Origin: Phoronis australis
Taxonomy: Eukaryota > Animalia > Phoronida
Length of the DNA: 63,803 bases
NCBI GenBank assembly: GCA_002633005.1
Contig: NMRA01000467.1
Coordinates: forward strand, 73,024-136,826
Reading direction: 5' to 3'
A program made the translations under genes and the position numbers. Below the pieces are notes generated by a model. That model did not search any database and had not been told where the DNA came from. It saw only the letters and a program-made list of their open reading frames with translations. Shown here in pieces: positions 52,313 to 63,803 of the stretch (its first letter is position 1; each line of letters begins with the position of its first letter).

Positions 52313-54166
52313 AAACAAATGACATGAAGTTGACTAAGGCTTTTTCTTTATGGAAAACTGGTTAATTTAAGGTTCACTTGTAGCATGCCAACAAAACAAT
52401 TGACTTACATTATTCTGATAAAAATTAACCAATTTGGAACAGTGAAAAATAAATTATTTTACTCAAGGTTGGAACTGTGTCCAGACAGGCACTTGAGGTA
52501 AAAGCTTCAGGCAAAAATAATTGTCAAAATGTCCTTTCTTATATTTCAAGGGCCTTGTTGTAAATGTGGCATCTCCACAGTTCTTCAAAACTTAGTTTGA
52601 TGGTAGCTGAGGCAGAACTTGACGAGGGAATATCATTTAATTTTGTGTTACCTATGTTTTACAATTAAATTATAACTCTCTAGTTTTGAGGATGGTACGT
52701 TATGAAATCCAGCTAGTGCATTGTTATGTTCACACTGCAAGTTGAACCAGAGCAACTAGCCCAACAGCAACTGGCACCCAGTCATCAAAGTGTCCACCCT
52801 ACATGCATGATAAATACCAAAGTGTCCACCCTACATGGATGATAAATACCAAAAACATGACGGAACCCACATGTAGGATTTAGCATAGAGGTTTACATCC
52901 AACCTGACTTGCGCTGGAGCAAGTTATCCTAGAACAAGTTACACTACCTCTATCAAGGCAGAGAGTTATCACAGGTATCAAGTCTCTCTCTTGAACCCAT
53001 ACAGTTAACTCTACTACTATCGAAGCTTCGATGTTAACTAAAGTAACCATGAAGTTAAGCATATATGTGTTCCCATCAGCTTCAGCGTTAGTCATCAAAC
53101 TATATTAGCCAAGAAATCACAACGCAGCACTAATATGACATTAGGTCATATGTCTTGACCTGTCACTGTCATCATGTGGCGTCATGACGTCATATTTCCT
53201 GGTGTGAACTGTGTAAAAATGGCCAGTTGTCGTTTTAAGCAACTGAATGAAGGACTGGAGTATTTGTTCGAGCCGAGACGAGTTCAAGACATCAACAAAC
53301 TTCTAAGGTGTCCCTTTATATGCAAAAGGTACTTAAAGCAATATAACACAATTTTTATCGGAATAAGGCATAATTCAGGAAGGCCTACGGGATGACAAAC
53401 TTCTTTACTGTGACCAGGTGAGACAAAATGTCTAACTGAATTCATAGGTGTAATAAGGTTTAAATTTTGAGAAAGCAAAGTTTTCGTGTGAATTTCTCAA
53501 GTGAAAAAGGCTTAATAAAACTAATCAATGATACCGGTAACCATCATAAGTAAAGACAGACTGTAGAATTCTTCAACTGTTTAGACAACATTTAGCAGCC
53601 AATACTATATCCATAAATCAATTCAATCATCTTGAAAGAGTACATAAATAGGCTTACAAAATCCTAGAATGGTATGCAGGGTCACTCGTTTCATCAGACT
53701 TGTTTATATCATACAAAACTAATGCTATGAAAAACTCATAACTCTATGGATAGTATTTCTCAGATGTGTCAAATTGTTTGCAAATCGCTCAACACCTGTC
53801 GTGACCTACTTTTCACAAAAATGTCGCCAAGCCATTTTAAATGATTTAGTCATACTAAACAACCAACAATTAACATGAATTCTAATGTCCATCGGAAAAT
53901 TGTCACATGAAGTGAAAACATTCATTATAAAGATAAGTAAGACAAATACCCAAAATCGCGACGACAGTAAATGTTAAAGCAATGACAAATTCAGTTGTAG
54001 TTACTTCAGCGTAACGTTAAATTATCGCAGGTCTTCGGCAGGGACTTAACGTAACGAGGTACCTCGATAAAACACACAGGTCTCGATTGTCTACAGCTGT
54101 TGTAATCATTGACAAACATCAATTTAAACATTAAATAGCTCTATCCCGGACAAACGAAGTACTTAC

Positions 54167-54400
54167 CACGTCACTAAATTACAAATCTCCGGTAAAATCC
54201 AGACATCTCCGTATCAACAACCTGTACGACTGTTCCCGATGCCAAATAATTTGAACCGGAAATACACCAGAGCGCATGGTCAGATGACACAGGTGTTCAA
54301 ATAGCGACGTCTTTCAGGTGAAAGACTCGCCGCTTCACTTGATATGGAAGTGTATATGTAACGTCCAATACTGTGATTGGTTTAGGCTTCCACAGGGAAC
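54167..54400 (-). promoter_or_regulatory. Candidate ANKRD6 promoter and non-coding first exon
   Basis: Perfect GTG|gtaagt donor at 54166; locally CpG-enriched; ETS-like CCGGAAAT/GGAAGTG and a CCAAT box (~54375); the ATG exon begins with an acceptor, so an upstream exon is required. Confidence 0.45.
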
Positions 54401-54630
54401 AATGCACTGGATCCGAATTCGTAATTCGCATTAATATCATTTTCTCCCTAGAAATAATTTTTGCTCAAGTATTTTAAGCGCAGCACATGCCTAATGGTAG
54501 GCTTATGCTTCAATCATATATTTGCAAGCCTCTAATCTTTTTATGTGTGTGCATGAATAAACTGTGTGTTGTATATGTATCTTTTGTCCGCCCTCGGTAA
54601 CTTACTTAATTGTCGGTTCTAGTTTAGTGT

Positions 54631-54879
54631 CAGAGGCGGATCTATAGGGGGTGTTCAGGGGGTTCAACGCCCCCCCCCCTCGGGACAGGATCAAAAATAA
54701 ATATTGAAAAAAAATTCTCTGGAAAAACGAAGTCAGCTACCGCTAAAAACCACCAAAAATCTTACACGGGAGAGTTGAACCCCCTCCCGAACTTCCTGGC
54801 ACTGGCCACGCTACGAGCCTCGGATTCGCTCGAATCCTAATCCCCCCTTCCCCTTACTGAAAACGTAGATATGCCACTG
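54631..54879. mobile_element. hAT-like MITE (CAGTGGCGGATCTA family)
   Basis: cagaggcggatcta ... tagatatgccactg; GTGT(C) duplicated at the flanks. Confidence 0.7.
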
Positions 54880-57800
54880 GTGTCTAATTTAAAACATTAA
54901 TAATTAGTAATCACTGTTTTTTAACAAAAAGCCAAACAAAATAGCGAAATTTACGGTGGCCCAAAGATGATAACGCGCAAATTTCAGGATCTCGAGAGCG
55001 CGACTTAATTTTCTCGTGTTCTAAAGATTCTGAAATAATGTCTTTGCATCATGGAGCCACCATATTGGGTCACCGTAGTGACCTCAAATCTTTAGAGATT
55101 TTCGTTGGTTTGAAAAAATAACGAACCGTCAGTTCATTCCAAATCTTGAAACCACCTCCACTATAAATATTGAACAACAAGTTTTTAACAGTAAGTGGTC
55201 TAAATCAAAAGTTGTTATTTTGTGATGGATGGTGGACTTCAGTAGGGCTTATAGCCTTTTTTTTAATCTTGTTTCTCTGATTTTTGTCAAGTGTTTTACA
55301 TATATAATAGAAGTATGGGTCTAATTTTGGGAAAGCGACCAGCTTCACATGGGCCTAAATACGCACAGAGCGTATTGATGGAATTAAATAGTTTGGTGCA
55401 GAGTCTGGCTGATCAGAGTTCATGAAGCAATCACTGTGACATCAAAAATACGTTACAAGTTCGAATTTTTTAATTAAGGTTTTCAAACATTTATCGTAAC
55501 TGGTTTAGGGTTATCTACAGTAATTGAATATATTTTTATTTTCGTCAAACGTTCCTGGTAGAGCATAGATTAATTCCTTATCCAATATATTAGAATGCAT
55601 GAGTAGTGTAGTCTCCAAGTGGAAAACCATGAGTCTGTTTCTCTGGATGGCTTCACCTGTTTCACGAAGACTAAGTCAGAAAATCCAACTGCAACTTGAA
55701 GCAAAATCCGGCGTGCTTGGGAGCAAACTAAAAGTAATTAAGCCAAAAGGCAAAATATGAACTTTTCACGAGAAACAGGCACTAGAAAAGTTTTTGCCTC
55801 TCTTCTAAGTGGTCGTTGTGCAACAATTCTCACTTCAGGCCAGTATTAATAGGGAGTAGTGAATTTGGAACTTTATGAAATTTGTGGTTAGCATACCACG
55901 ATGTTAATCAGAATTTCCAAAATCTTAAAAATCACCAATGTTTGAAAGAGAATGTCTTTGAAAGGCCAATGAGGCTAATAAATTCTTAGACTACATTCCT
56001 ATTCAAAAGTAATTGTCAAAACTCCACAAAGCTGGTCGAGGGTCGTAGACTAAAGAGTCTCGCGAAAAAATTAGTATGCTCACGTAATTCCGAGGATACC
56101 TCGAGAAGTGTTGTGTGATCTTGCGTTTTCGCGAGGTTATCGTCTACAGAATGCAATCTCCGTTGCCTGCTTTAAACGCGATTTAGGAAGCACTGAACAG
56201 TTAGGCTGCAGCCACGGGGATTGGTTGTACTGAGCCTAGAATTTAAGTAAAGGGTGTGTGTCAGGTTTGGGGGGCTATTTTGAGGAATGCGTTCAAAATA
56301 ATTTCAAGGACTCTGATTTGATTAAACTTTTGAATGAGAAGAGACAAGCTGTTTTAGATGTGGCCTACTTTTGATAAAAGCAGAAGCTGCAGTTTGCTAA
56401 CAACCCCCATCTGCCTGCTGAGAAAATTGGTGCGATTTCAGGTGGCTGTCGAACAGTGCGAAAGTGCCAAGCGAGCAGAGAATCTACAGAGAACGAGCAT
56501 TCTGAATCTGTAGACAGATTTTTAGCACTGCAGGGTAGTGTTAATTTTGGGGAGAAAACTGTCCGACAATTTTTGTCCTTTAGTCCCATTTTTCTTAGCT
56601 ACCCAGCTATAGCTGTATGAAGATTATCATCAAAATGCAGCTAGGTACCACTGTGTGCCGGGCTCCGACAGACCTAGAAAATGCACACAGCCCGAATAGA
56701 CCTTGAACAATCAAATGCGTAGTCACCGAGCAGCATATCCCACATGAAATCTGCGAGGTGAAAATCACCCTATTTCACTTGTAAAAAGGCAAATATACCG
56801 TTTAAAGAGATTGCCAGTGTCAGATTCTCGATCAGTATCTCTACTGATTGTGGAAACAAAAACGCCGTTATATTGTTTAATTTCTTGGAACTGATAAAAA
56901 ATAACAAAATGGTAATTATGTTAACATATTAAAATTTAACATAAATACCCAGCAATTATCATCGTCACGTAACAAAATCATGCATGTATTAAAAATATAT
57001 ATTGAGTAAAGAACAGACATACTTAAACAGAGATATCCAGTAAAAGAAAGTAAACAAAAGTTCTAAAATACGAAACACTCAAAATGAAAGCATGTAAACA
57101 ACAAATGCAGGTTTACTTAAAAACCTAACTAACGCCTATACAATGACCCCTTGTCCGCCTACACAATGAACCCTTGTCCGGTAAAATCACCCACAAAACC
57201 TAGAGACGAAACCCGGGGTACAGAAAAAGTGTACGGGACGTTCCGCCTAGAACCACGATCATTACTACTTTCCCCCACCACAGGGTGCCTTTTCTGGTAA
57301 AATTCCTTGAAAGTGTCCACAATGGGAGAAACTTTGCTACAGGTCCAACTACACAAATCCAGAGAAGTTTTTATTTGTAAAAACAATTGTTGCAAAAGAT
57401 GTACTCATTTTTAACGATATGGCACGATTTCTTGCACTGTTTCAGTATTTTAGACCAACCTGGCTAAAATCCAGGTGCCGTTAAAATCCTTAAGAAATAG
57501 TTAAATTTTTGGAATACAAAGGGGCAGTGTTTTTATAACAGAACCCTCCGATGGTTGACTAAGTTTTCCATGGAAGCTCTATGCATTTGGATCCCTTCTT
57601 CGTACCCAGACTCTAAACGGATGACTGTATAAAACTTACTCCAGGCTTTAATAACTGATCTCGGGAGTGAAGAGTTTGTTCCCACCAAATAAAACGTAAC
57701 TATTCGAAATTTTTAAGTAGACGCCCCTTTTGTGCTTCCCTAGTTATGACCTATTCTGAACACAGATGCTATTTGGTGGCATCGACATACTGTCCTAATC

Positions 57801-58552
57801 AAATAAAGTTATAACTTACAACTGCGCACGACCAAAAGAAGACAATTAACATTCACACTCTACACTTTCAAAAAGTCTATCCCATTAAATAATAATAACC
57901 AAGAAGCGATTTTCGACCATAAAAACAACGATGTCCATTAAAGGTCTTAAAATCGGCTTCACAACATTTTTTACCGTGACAGGTTGATTTCTGTTACCAA
58001 CAAGAAAATCGAAACCGTCTGCTACTTAAGAACAAGCTTCAGTTTATTGAGGCGGTTTTGGCAAGGCCCTAAAATTGCGAATTCGAAAAGGGCACCTGTT
58101 ATGACTTGGAGTTGCCGGCTCATGGAGCAACAATTCGAGGTCGGAATCCAATAAGTGTGGTGCAATTTTTAATCCACAAAGCAATGAAGAATTTAACATT
58201 GGCTGCTCAACAGCTGCGAAATGTCCTTATAATAGTAAAAAACACAAAATAGTTTTTTCTTTGTACTATTTGAAAGAACCCTTTCACTTTTGCTTGACAT
58301 TTTCAGGAAAAGTACATTTCTGTGAGGGCTTAGGCATTTACGGGGGGCCCCAATTGTTACAACTGTGTAATCCTTAATATGAGTCGAGGCGGCTGCGACA
58401 TTAATGAAAAAGAAATACGTCCAGCAACAACACACAGTGAGTTTTCAAATTTGTATATTTCGCAGAATTTTCGGTGTGCGGGGAGCCTTACCGATGTTTC
58501 GTGCACACCACTCTCACTTGTCTCCAGGCTGTGCCCTACTGGTCACGCAAAA

Positions 58553-58720
58553 TTACAGTGTACATCCGTAAAGCTCAACACGCATTCCTAAATAACATCT
58601 GGGTTTATGATAGTCGTTGCAGTCAAATGAAAGAGGTTCCAACATTACATAGCGTGCTCTCACAGGAGTGTCCATGTTGTGACGTTCTACGGTTTCATCG
58701 TCACAGTTACCTGTTATTTC
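58553..58720 (-). CDS. Discoidin (F5/8 type C) domain protein, last exon EITGNCDDETVERHNMDTPVRARYVMLEPLSFDCNDYHKPRCYLGMRVELYGCTL*
   Basis: ttttttcag acceptor; GN-D, P-V-R-A-R-Y-V and M-R-V-E-L-Y-G-C discoidin signatures; not present in the ORF track. Confidence 0.88.
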   Translation of the reverse strand, partial: EITGNCDDETVERHNMDTPVRARYVMLEPLSFDCNDYHKPRCYLGMRVELYGCTL

Positions 58721-59062
58721 CTGAAAAAAGAACTTCGTTTAAAGGTCTGCTTACGCGGCAAAACCGATCGACTCAAATTAAGAGTACGTAATTTGCATCG
58801 AAATGATATCAACACATTAAGAAATTTGTCGTTACAAAATAGTTTCTTTATCATCAGCATATGTTTTGTTGAAGCCATTTTCTGGCATAGCAAAAGGTTG
58901 CTGGCCAACTTAAAGTCCTAAGAACATTTAAATATCAAATCTAGTCTTGATATTGGGTCTAAAAATTTAACCTGCAGTCTGTAAAAGACGATGCTGCGTC
59001 TTCAAAGTCAACGTCAAACGTCAATTGAAAAATGTTTCTCGGCATTAAGCTGTTGTACGTAC

Positions 59063-59167
59063 CTCTGAATTTCCTGTCCGGTAAGTGGTCCAGGTTTCTC
59101 CGTCCAAAGAGAAGCTCATCCTGTATTTTGTTACCCACGTGCGGTAGTAACCGTATTCATTTGCGCC
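59063..59167 (-). CDS. Discoidin domain protein, middle exon GANEYGYYRTWVTKYRMSFSLDGETWTTYRTGNSE
   Basis: tttcag/gtacgt; 105 nt, phase 0-0; WVTKY and S-x-DG-x-x-W-x-x-Y signatures; completes VATQ|G. Confidence 0.88.
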
Positions 59168-59311
59168 CTGAAATGAATCGAAGCGAAAACTTTATACAAG
59201 CAGCTATATATCTTCTATCTCGAAAATTAACTTTTAATGTAGACTACTTACCGTTGGGAATTGGTCTCAAATTGTTCTTAAGTGAAACTGGAGATGATAT
59301 AAGGGCTTGGA

Positions 59312-60073
59312 CAGTGGCGGATCTAGAATATCACAAGGGGGGGGGCCCAACATTTTGTCCGGTTGGAACCATTTGCGCAAACTGAACCACGATTGTAGAT
59401 GCGCATAGCACCGAATGGGGGGAGGTCGGGAGGGGGGNNNNNNNNNNNNNNNNNNNNNNNNNNNNNNNNNNNNNNNNNNNNNNNNNNNNNNNNNNNNNNN
59501 NNNNNNNNNNNNNNNNNNNNNNNNNNNNNNNNNNNNNNNNNNNNNNNNNNNNNNNNNNNNNNNNNNNNNNNNNNNNNNNNNNNNNNNNNNNNNNNNNNNN
59601 NNNNNNNNNNNNNNNNNNNNNNNNNNNNNNNNNNNNNNNNNNNNNNNNNNNNNNNNNNNNNNNNNNNNNNNNNNNNNNNNNNNNNNNNNNNNNNNNNNNN
59701 NNNNNNNNNNNNNNNNNNNNNNNNNNNNNNNNNNNNNNNNNNNNNNNNNNNNNNNNNNNNNNNNNNNNNNNNNNNNNNNNNNNNNNNNNNNNNNNNNNNN
59801 NNNNNNNNNNNNNNNNNNNNNNNNNNNNNNNNNNNNNNNNNNNNNNNNNNNNNNNNNNNNNNNNNNNNNNNNNNNNNNNNNNNNNNNNNNNNNNNNNNNN
59901 NNNNNNNNNNNNNNNNNNNNNNNNNNNNNNNNNNNNNNNNNNNNNNNNNNNNNNNNNNNNNNNNNNNNNNNNNNNNNNNNNNNNNNNNNNNNNNNNNNNN
60001 NNNNNNNNNNNNNNNNNNNNNNNNNNNNNNNNNNNNNNNNNNNNNNNNNNNCCCCCCCCTAAATCCGCCTATG
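59312..60073. mobile_element. hAT-like MITE (CAGTGGCGGATCTAG family) spanning the assembly gap, 5-bp TSD
   Basis: cagtggcggatctag ... ctaaatccgcctatg; TTGGA on both sides. Confidence 0.7.
59438..60051. other. Assembly gap (N run)
   Basis: Run of n; the long X-containing ORFs are artefacts. Confidence 1.
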
Positions 60074-60092
60074 TTGGAAGAAACCAGCCTTC

Positions 60093-60233
60093 CGTTCAGT
60101 AACGCTAGGACCTCGCTAAAAAGCAAGACTTCGCGAGATTACGTGAGATATTGCCGTGTATTTCAAATGAGAACACGTGACTTTGACTAGGTTTTAGCTA
60201 GGTCCTAGCGTAGGTCCTAGCGTCTACTGAACG
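60093..60233. mobile_element. Small foldback element/MITE
   Basis: cgttcagtaacgctaggacctcgctaaaa is inverted at 60192-60233, where a 12-bp segment is duplicated. Confidence 0.6.
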
Positions 60234-61804
60234 CACGTCAGCAGTTGGTCATTACTTGAGATCAAACGTTGCAATTTGGCTTGTCAGGGCGTGTCAAGGC
60301 GTGTCAGGGCGTGTCACTTTATGCGCCTGAGTAATGTCTCAAACAATAACAAACTGCCAGTTAGCTCTTCATCTGAGGGGAGAACAAGTTGAGGACAATT
60401 TTATTTCGATCAGTAGTCCTAGTCTAAATCAAGTTTGCTTCTTGTACGGAACGTGGATTCAAAGCCGTTTTAACCCCTCTGTGATAACGGAACTAAGCCA
60501 TCTCAACACTGGGATCCTTTCTGATGAAAAGTGTTTCGATCTATCAGTTGGTCTTGTTCTTATTATGACGAAAGCTCGTACCCAGTAGGTAGGTTGTCCC
60601 AGCGCAAATTCCTCCACGGGCAACTATTTTCTCTAATAAGCGTTCGCACAACAAACCTGCCAAAGGTATTTAAGTGAACGTGGTTAAAAGAAAGGTGCTC
60701 TGCGCATACTTCACAAGAAGAAAGTGGTATCGTTTATCCGGTTTTCTGTTGTACTCTCCGGGGCACTCTTGTTCACAGTGTATATACGTGGATATTCTGC
60801 TAAGCGAGACTGATCAAGATTACTTTCTGTTATAGAGCATTAAAATTGTCTCAAGTTTTCAATACTACATTTTCAGATTTTTAACGAAACCATTAGACTA
60901 TTATTGAATGACATCAAGTTTTACAATCTAGTCAATCACACAACTTTTTGATAGATGTCCTATAATTTTCGTCACCATGCATTGGCCTGGCTTGTGTTCC
61001 AAGCATGATTGAGAAGAATTAGGTGTCGGTGAGGCAATTTCCTGTTTTCATTGAGACGAAACTCCAATAATCTGTATTAGCGTCAATGCCACTTGTAGAA
61101 TTAGTGGTGATATACCTCTATTATACAAGATGACAAAATAAACTGTGGTAGACCCGCAAATGTTTCAGTCAGCATTAGAGTAGTGACAAGCTTAAACTGA
61201 AGTGAGTCTTGAGGAAGTCTTAATAAAAGCAATGTTTGCAAGTTGGAGATAAAACTATGATGTAAATGAAATACACACGAGTACAACCGACAAACAATTT
61301 CCTGTTTGTACCCCAATTCATGCGGACATATCCATATTGTAATATTTTTATTTGTTTTAAACTCATGTCAAGTTCAAATAACCAATCTATACATAGACCG
61401 ATGTGCGACATGCAACTTCCTATATAGAAAGCAGCGTATACATTCACACCATTACAGATATCAAATATTTGCAGAAAATAGAAAAAAACGCTGATGTTGC
61501 AGAATTATAGGACCACAGCGACTTTTGATCGAAGAAAATGTCGATATTACCCCGCCTGAGCCGATGTCAGTCAATGTCCAGACCGAGTTCAAAATTTTAA
61601 CTAAGGTGTTTTCAATCGATCAATGTTTTAACAATTATTCTCTGATTTTATCACTGTAGCTTTCGCTGTTCAGAGTTGTTATAAGCCATCTTGTGGGATC
61701 TGTGTCAGAAATTTGATCTTACGCTTCACACACAACAACTTCTAAAAATAGTTAAATTTAACTTAAGGTTAAGTAGGACCCTATAAAATGGGCCAAATTT
61801 GGAN

Positions 61805-61946
61805 TCCAGGCTGTGATCGGTTCATTACTTGACTAAACCTTTATTCAAACTAGTTCCAGGCTGTGATTGGTTCATTACTTGACTAAACCTTTATTCAAAC
61901 TAGTTCCAGGCTGTGATTGGTTCATTACTTGACTAAACCTTTATTC
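61805..61946. repeat. 50-bp satellite (~3 copies visible, broken by an N)
   Basis: caaactagttccaggctgtgattggttcattacttgactaaacctttatt. Confidence 0.93.
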
Positions 61947-62047
61947 AGCAATTGTGAAGTGTGAGTGTAAGTCCAAACTTCTGTCTCCACCTGAGTTTAG
62001 AACAAGATGAAACCGACTTGATAACAGTAAGTAGCCTAAATCATTAC

Positions 62048-62404
62048 CTGTGTTGCAACGCCAGCTACAAGATGCGGTTCGCCCAGGTCGATTTTCAACC
62101 AGTCTAGATTTTCGCCATCCCGCCCGTATGACGTCGTCGTTCGCAGGTTCGTAAACCAAGCATTTCGGCTGTTGAGTCGTGCGTAGTGGGGTCCGTTACT
62201 CGACGCGTAAAAATCACTTCCGGACATGGCTTCATTCCTTATCCGGCCATCAGAAACGCCCAGAGCCCTCGGTGACGGACAGCCATTGTCCTGGCTTAAA
62301 GTAAATGTAGCATTGAAAGTAATATTCGTATCCACAGTCGACACTTCCAAAACATGACTGGAGAGCGTTGTTATGATTAAAGCGGCTATAAACTCTCGTT
62401 CCAC
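62048..62404 (-). CDS. Discoidin domain protein, first visible coding exon (signal-peptide-like N-terminus plus first half of the domain)
   Basis: C..LG..DGRI, ARLN..AW, WLKIDLG..VAGVATQ signatures; CAG|gtaatg donor; 5' boundary uncertain (starts at GTG). Confidence 0.82.
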
Positions 62405-62746
62405 TCACCGCTCCCAGTAAGAAGCGAACTTTTCGTTATTCCACTTACCGTTCCCACTTTTTCCTTCCTCAGAAGAGGAGTGATTTATGGGTTCGCAAGG
62501 AAGTGATAGCCCGTTATTCGGTCTTATGGTATTCTTTACCGTGATAAGATTCTCACATTCATGATTAACAAGAACATCGAAATTATCAGCGAAGCGACGC
62601 GCTTCGTTTCAAGAATTCAACATTGCCAGCTAGCTAACTGGAAAGAAACGCATCTTCAAGCAAAAACGAACTGCCAGTTCTCTCGAAGAATGATATCATC
62701 AATTTGTTTTTCCTTCACTGACTGCGTGAATTTAATGCACTATAAT

Positions 62747-62942
62747 CAGTGGCGGATCTAGAATATCACAAGGGGGGGCCCAACATTTTGTCCGGCTGTA
62801 AGCATTTGCGCAAACTGAACCACGATTGTAGATGCGCATCGCACCGAATGGGGGGAGGGGCAAACCCCCCTCCCGCTCAGGAAATGTTTTTTGTTTTTAC
62901 CTCTAAAAATCAAGCATTTTCCTTGATTCCTGAAGTATTATC
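62747..62942. mobile_element. Left part of another CAGTGGCGGATCTAG MITE, nearly identical to 59312-59437
   Basis: cagtggcggatctagaatatcacaaggggggg...; ends at a single N. Confidence 0.75.
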
Positions 62943-62944
62943 NC

Positions 62945-63128
62945 ACCACACATCTCAGAACACCACACATCTCAGAACACGACACATCTCAGAACACCTC
63001 ACATCTCAGAACATCACCCATCTCAGAACATCACACATCTCAGAACACCACACATCTCAGAACATCACACATCTCAGAACACCACACATCTTAGAACACC
63101 ACACATCTCACAACATCACACATCTTAG
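62945..63128. repeat. 17-bp minisatellite, ~11 copies
   Basis: cacatctcagaaca(c/t)ca. Confidence 0.93.
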
Positions 63129-63594
63129 ATTCATGTAAAACTTTTAGATACTATGCTTTATGCATTGTTCTCTAAACTCCGTTAAGGAAATGTTTTTGAA
63201 GTGTTCCAATTTTGTATGAGGGTCTATTGAAGTAGAACTTTTATAATTTTCATGAAAAATCTTTCAAGTTGCATAAAACGAAAACGAGACAATATTTTAG
63301 AAAGCTGTCACATTATTTTAATATCTCCTCTTAACCATTCATACCAAATTTAAATTTGATCAAGTTATTGATATTGTTGTTTACTATGGTCACGTGACCT
63401 AATTGATAACACACTGGTAAAAAGCCAAAAAAAAAATCAAATTCTACAGGCAATAAAATCTCATAAAATGTATGTTTATATTGAGAAAAGATCTAATATG
63501 CTTTTCTAGATATTTTGCTAAATGCAGACATGCTGAAAGATTCTACGTAATAAGAAAAATTGTACACAAATACTAGCTACTGAGATGATAGGTA

Positions 63595-63803
63595 CAAACT
63601 AGTTCCAGGCTGTGATCGGTTCATTGCTTGACTAAACCTTTATTCAAACTAGTTCCAGGCCGTGATTGGTTCATTACTTGACTAAACCTTTATTCAAACT
63701 AGTTCCAGGCCGTGATTGGTTCATTACTTGACTAAACCTTTATTCAAACTAGTGCCAGGCCGTGATTGGTTCATTACTTGACTAAACCTTTATTCAAACT
63801 AGT
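63595..63803. repeat. Same 50-bp satellite as 61805-61946, running off the window end
   Basis: caaactagttccaggc(t/c)gtgattggttcattacttgactaaacctttatt, at least 4 copies. Confidence 0.95.

Noticed and set aside
49912-52365. Repetitive ORFs (CAGYHLAARREPAR, TDMLQDQHRHA)
   Set aside because: They are translations of the 42-bp and 22-bp minisatellites
59323-60190. ORFs of 215-267 aa
   Set aside because: They consist of the N gap
4793-60540. Scattered CTGATGA words (e.g. 4793, ~5958, ~8686, ~60521) as hammerhead ribozymes or C/D snoRNAs
   Set aside because: No correctly spaced GAAA with closing stems and no clear box C/D pair with terminal stem found by eye

Overview
AT-rich eukaryotic (invertebrate-like metazoan) genomic DNA with spliceosomal GT-AG introns, one assembly gap (59438-60051) and three single-N breaks. 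Three spliced genes can be reconstructed by hand. (1) The 3' half of a PRXL2B/FAM213B (SelU-family) gene on + has 4 coding exons and a stop at 4801-4803; a canonical type II SECIS element lies at ~9891-9963, just before AATAAA, suggesting a selenoprotein. (2) A complete ANKRD6/diversin/Diego-like gene on - has 12 coding exons (40212 to 13762, ~1060 aa); one of its splice acceptors is amplified 13 times by a 59-bp tandem repeat. (3) A 3-exon single discoidin (F5/8 type C) domain gene on - (62404 to 58553) has an apparent signal peptide that starts at GTG. Introns and intergenic DNA carry many non-autonomous DNA transposons (CAG-terminal elements with 5-bp TSDs, PIF/Harbinger-like MITEs, Helentron/HINE-like elements rich in CTCF-like motifs), a decayed Tc1/mariner, a truncated RTE LINE and many minisatellites. 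Most short ORFs in the supplied track are spurious. All homology calls are from recalled family motifs, not database searches.
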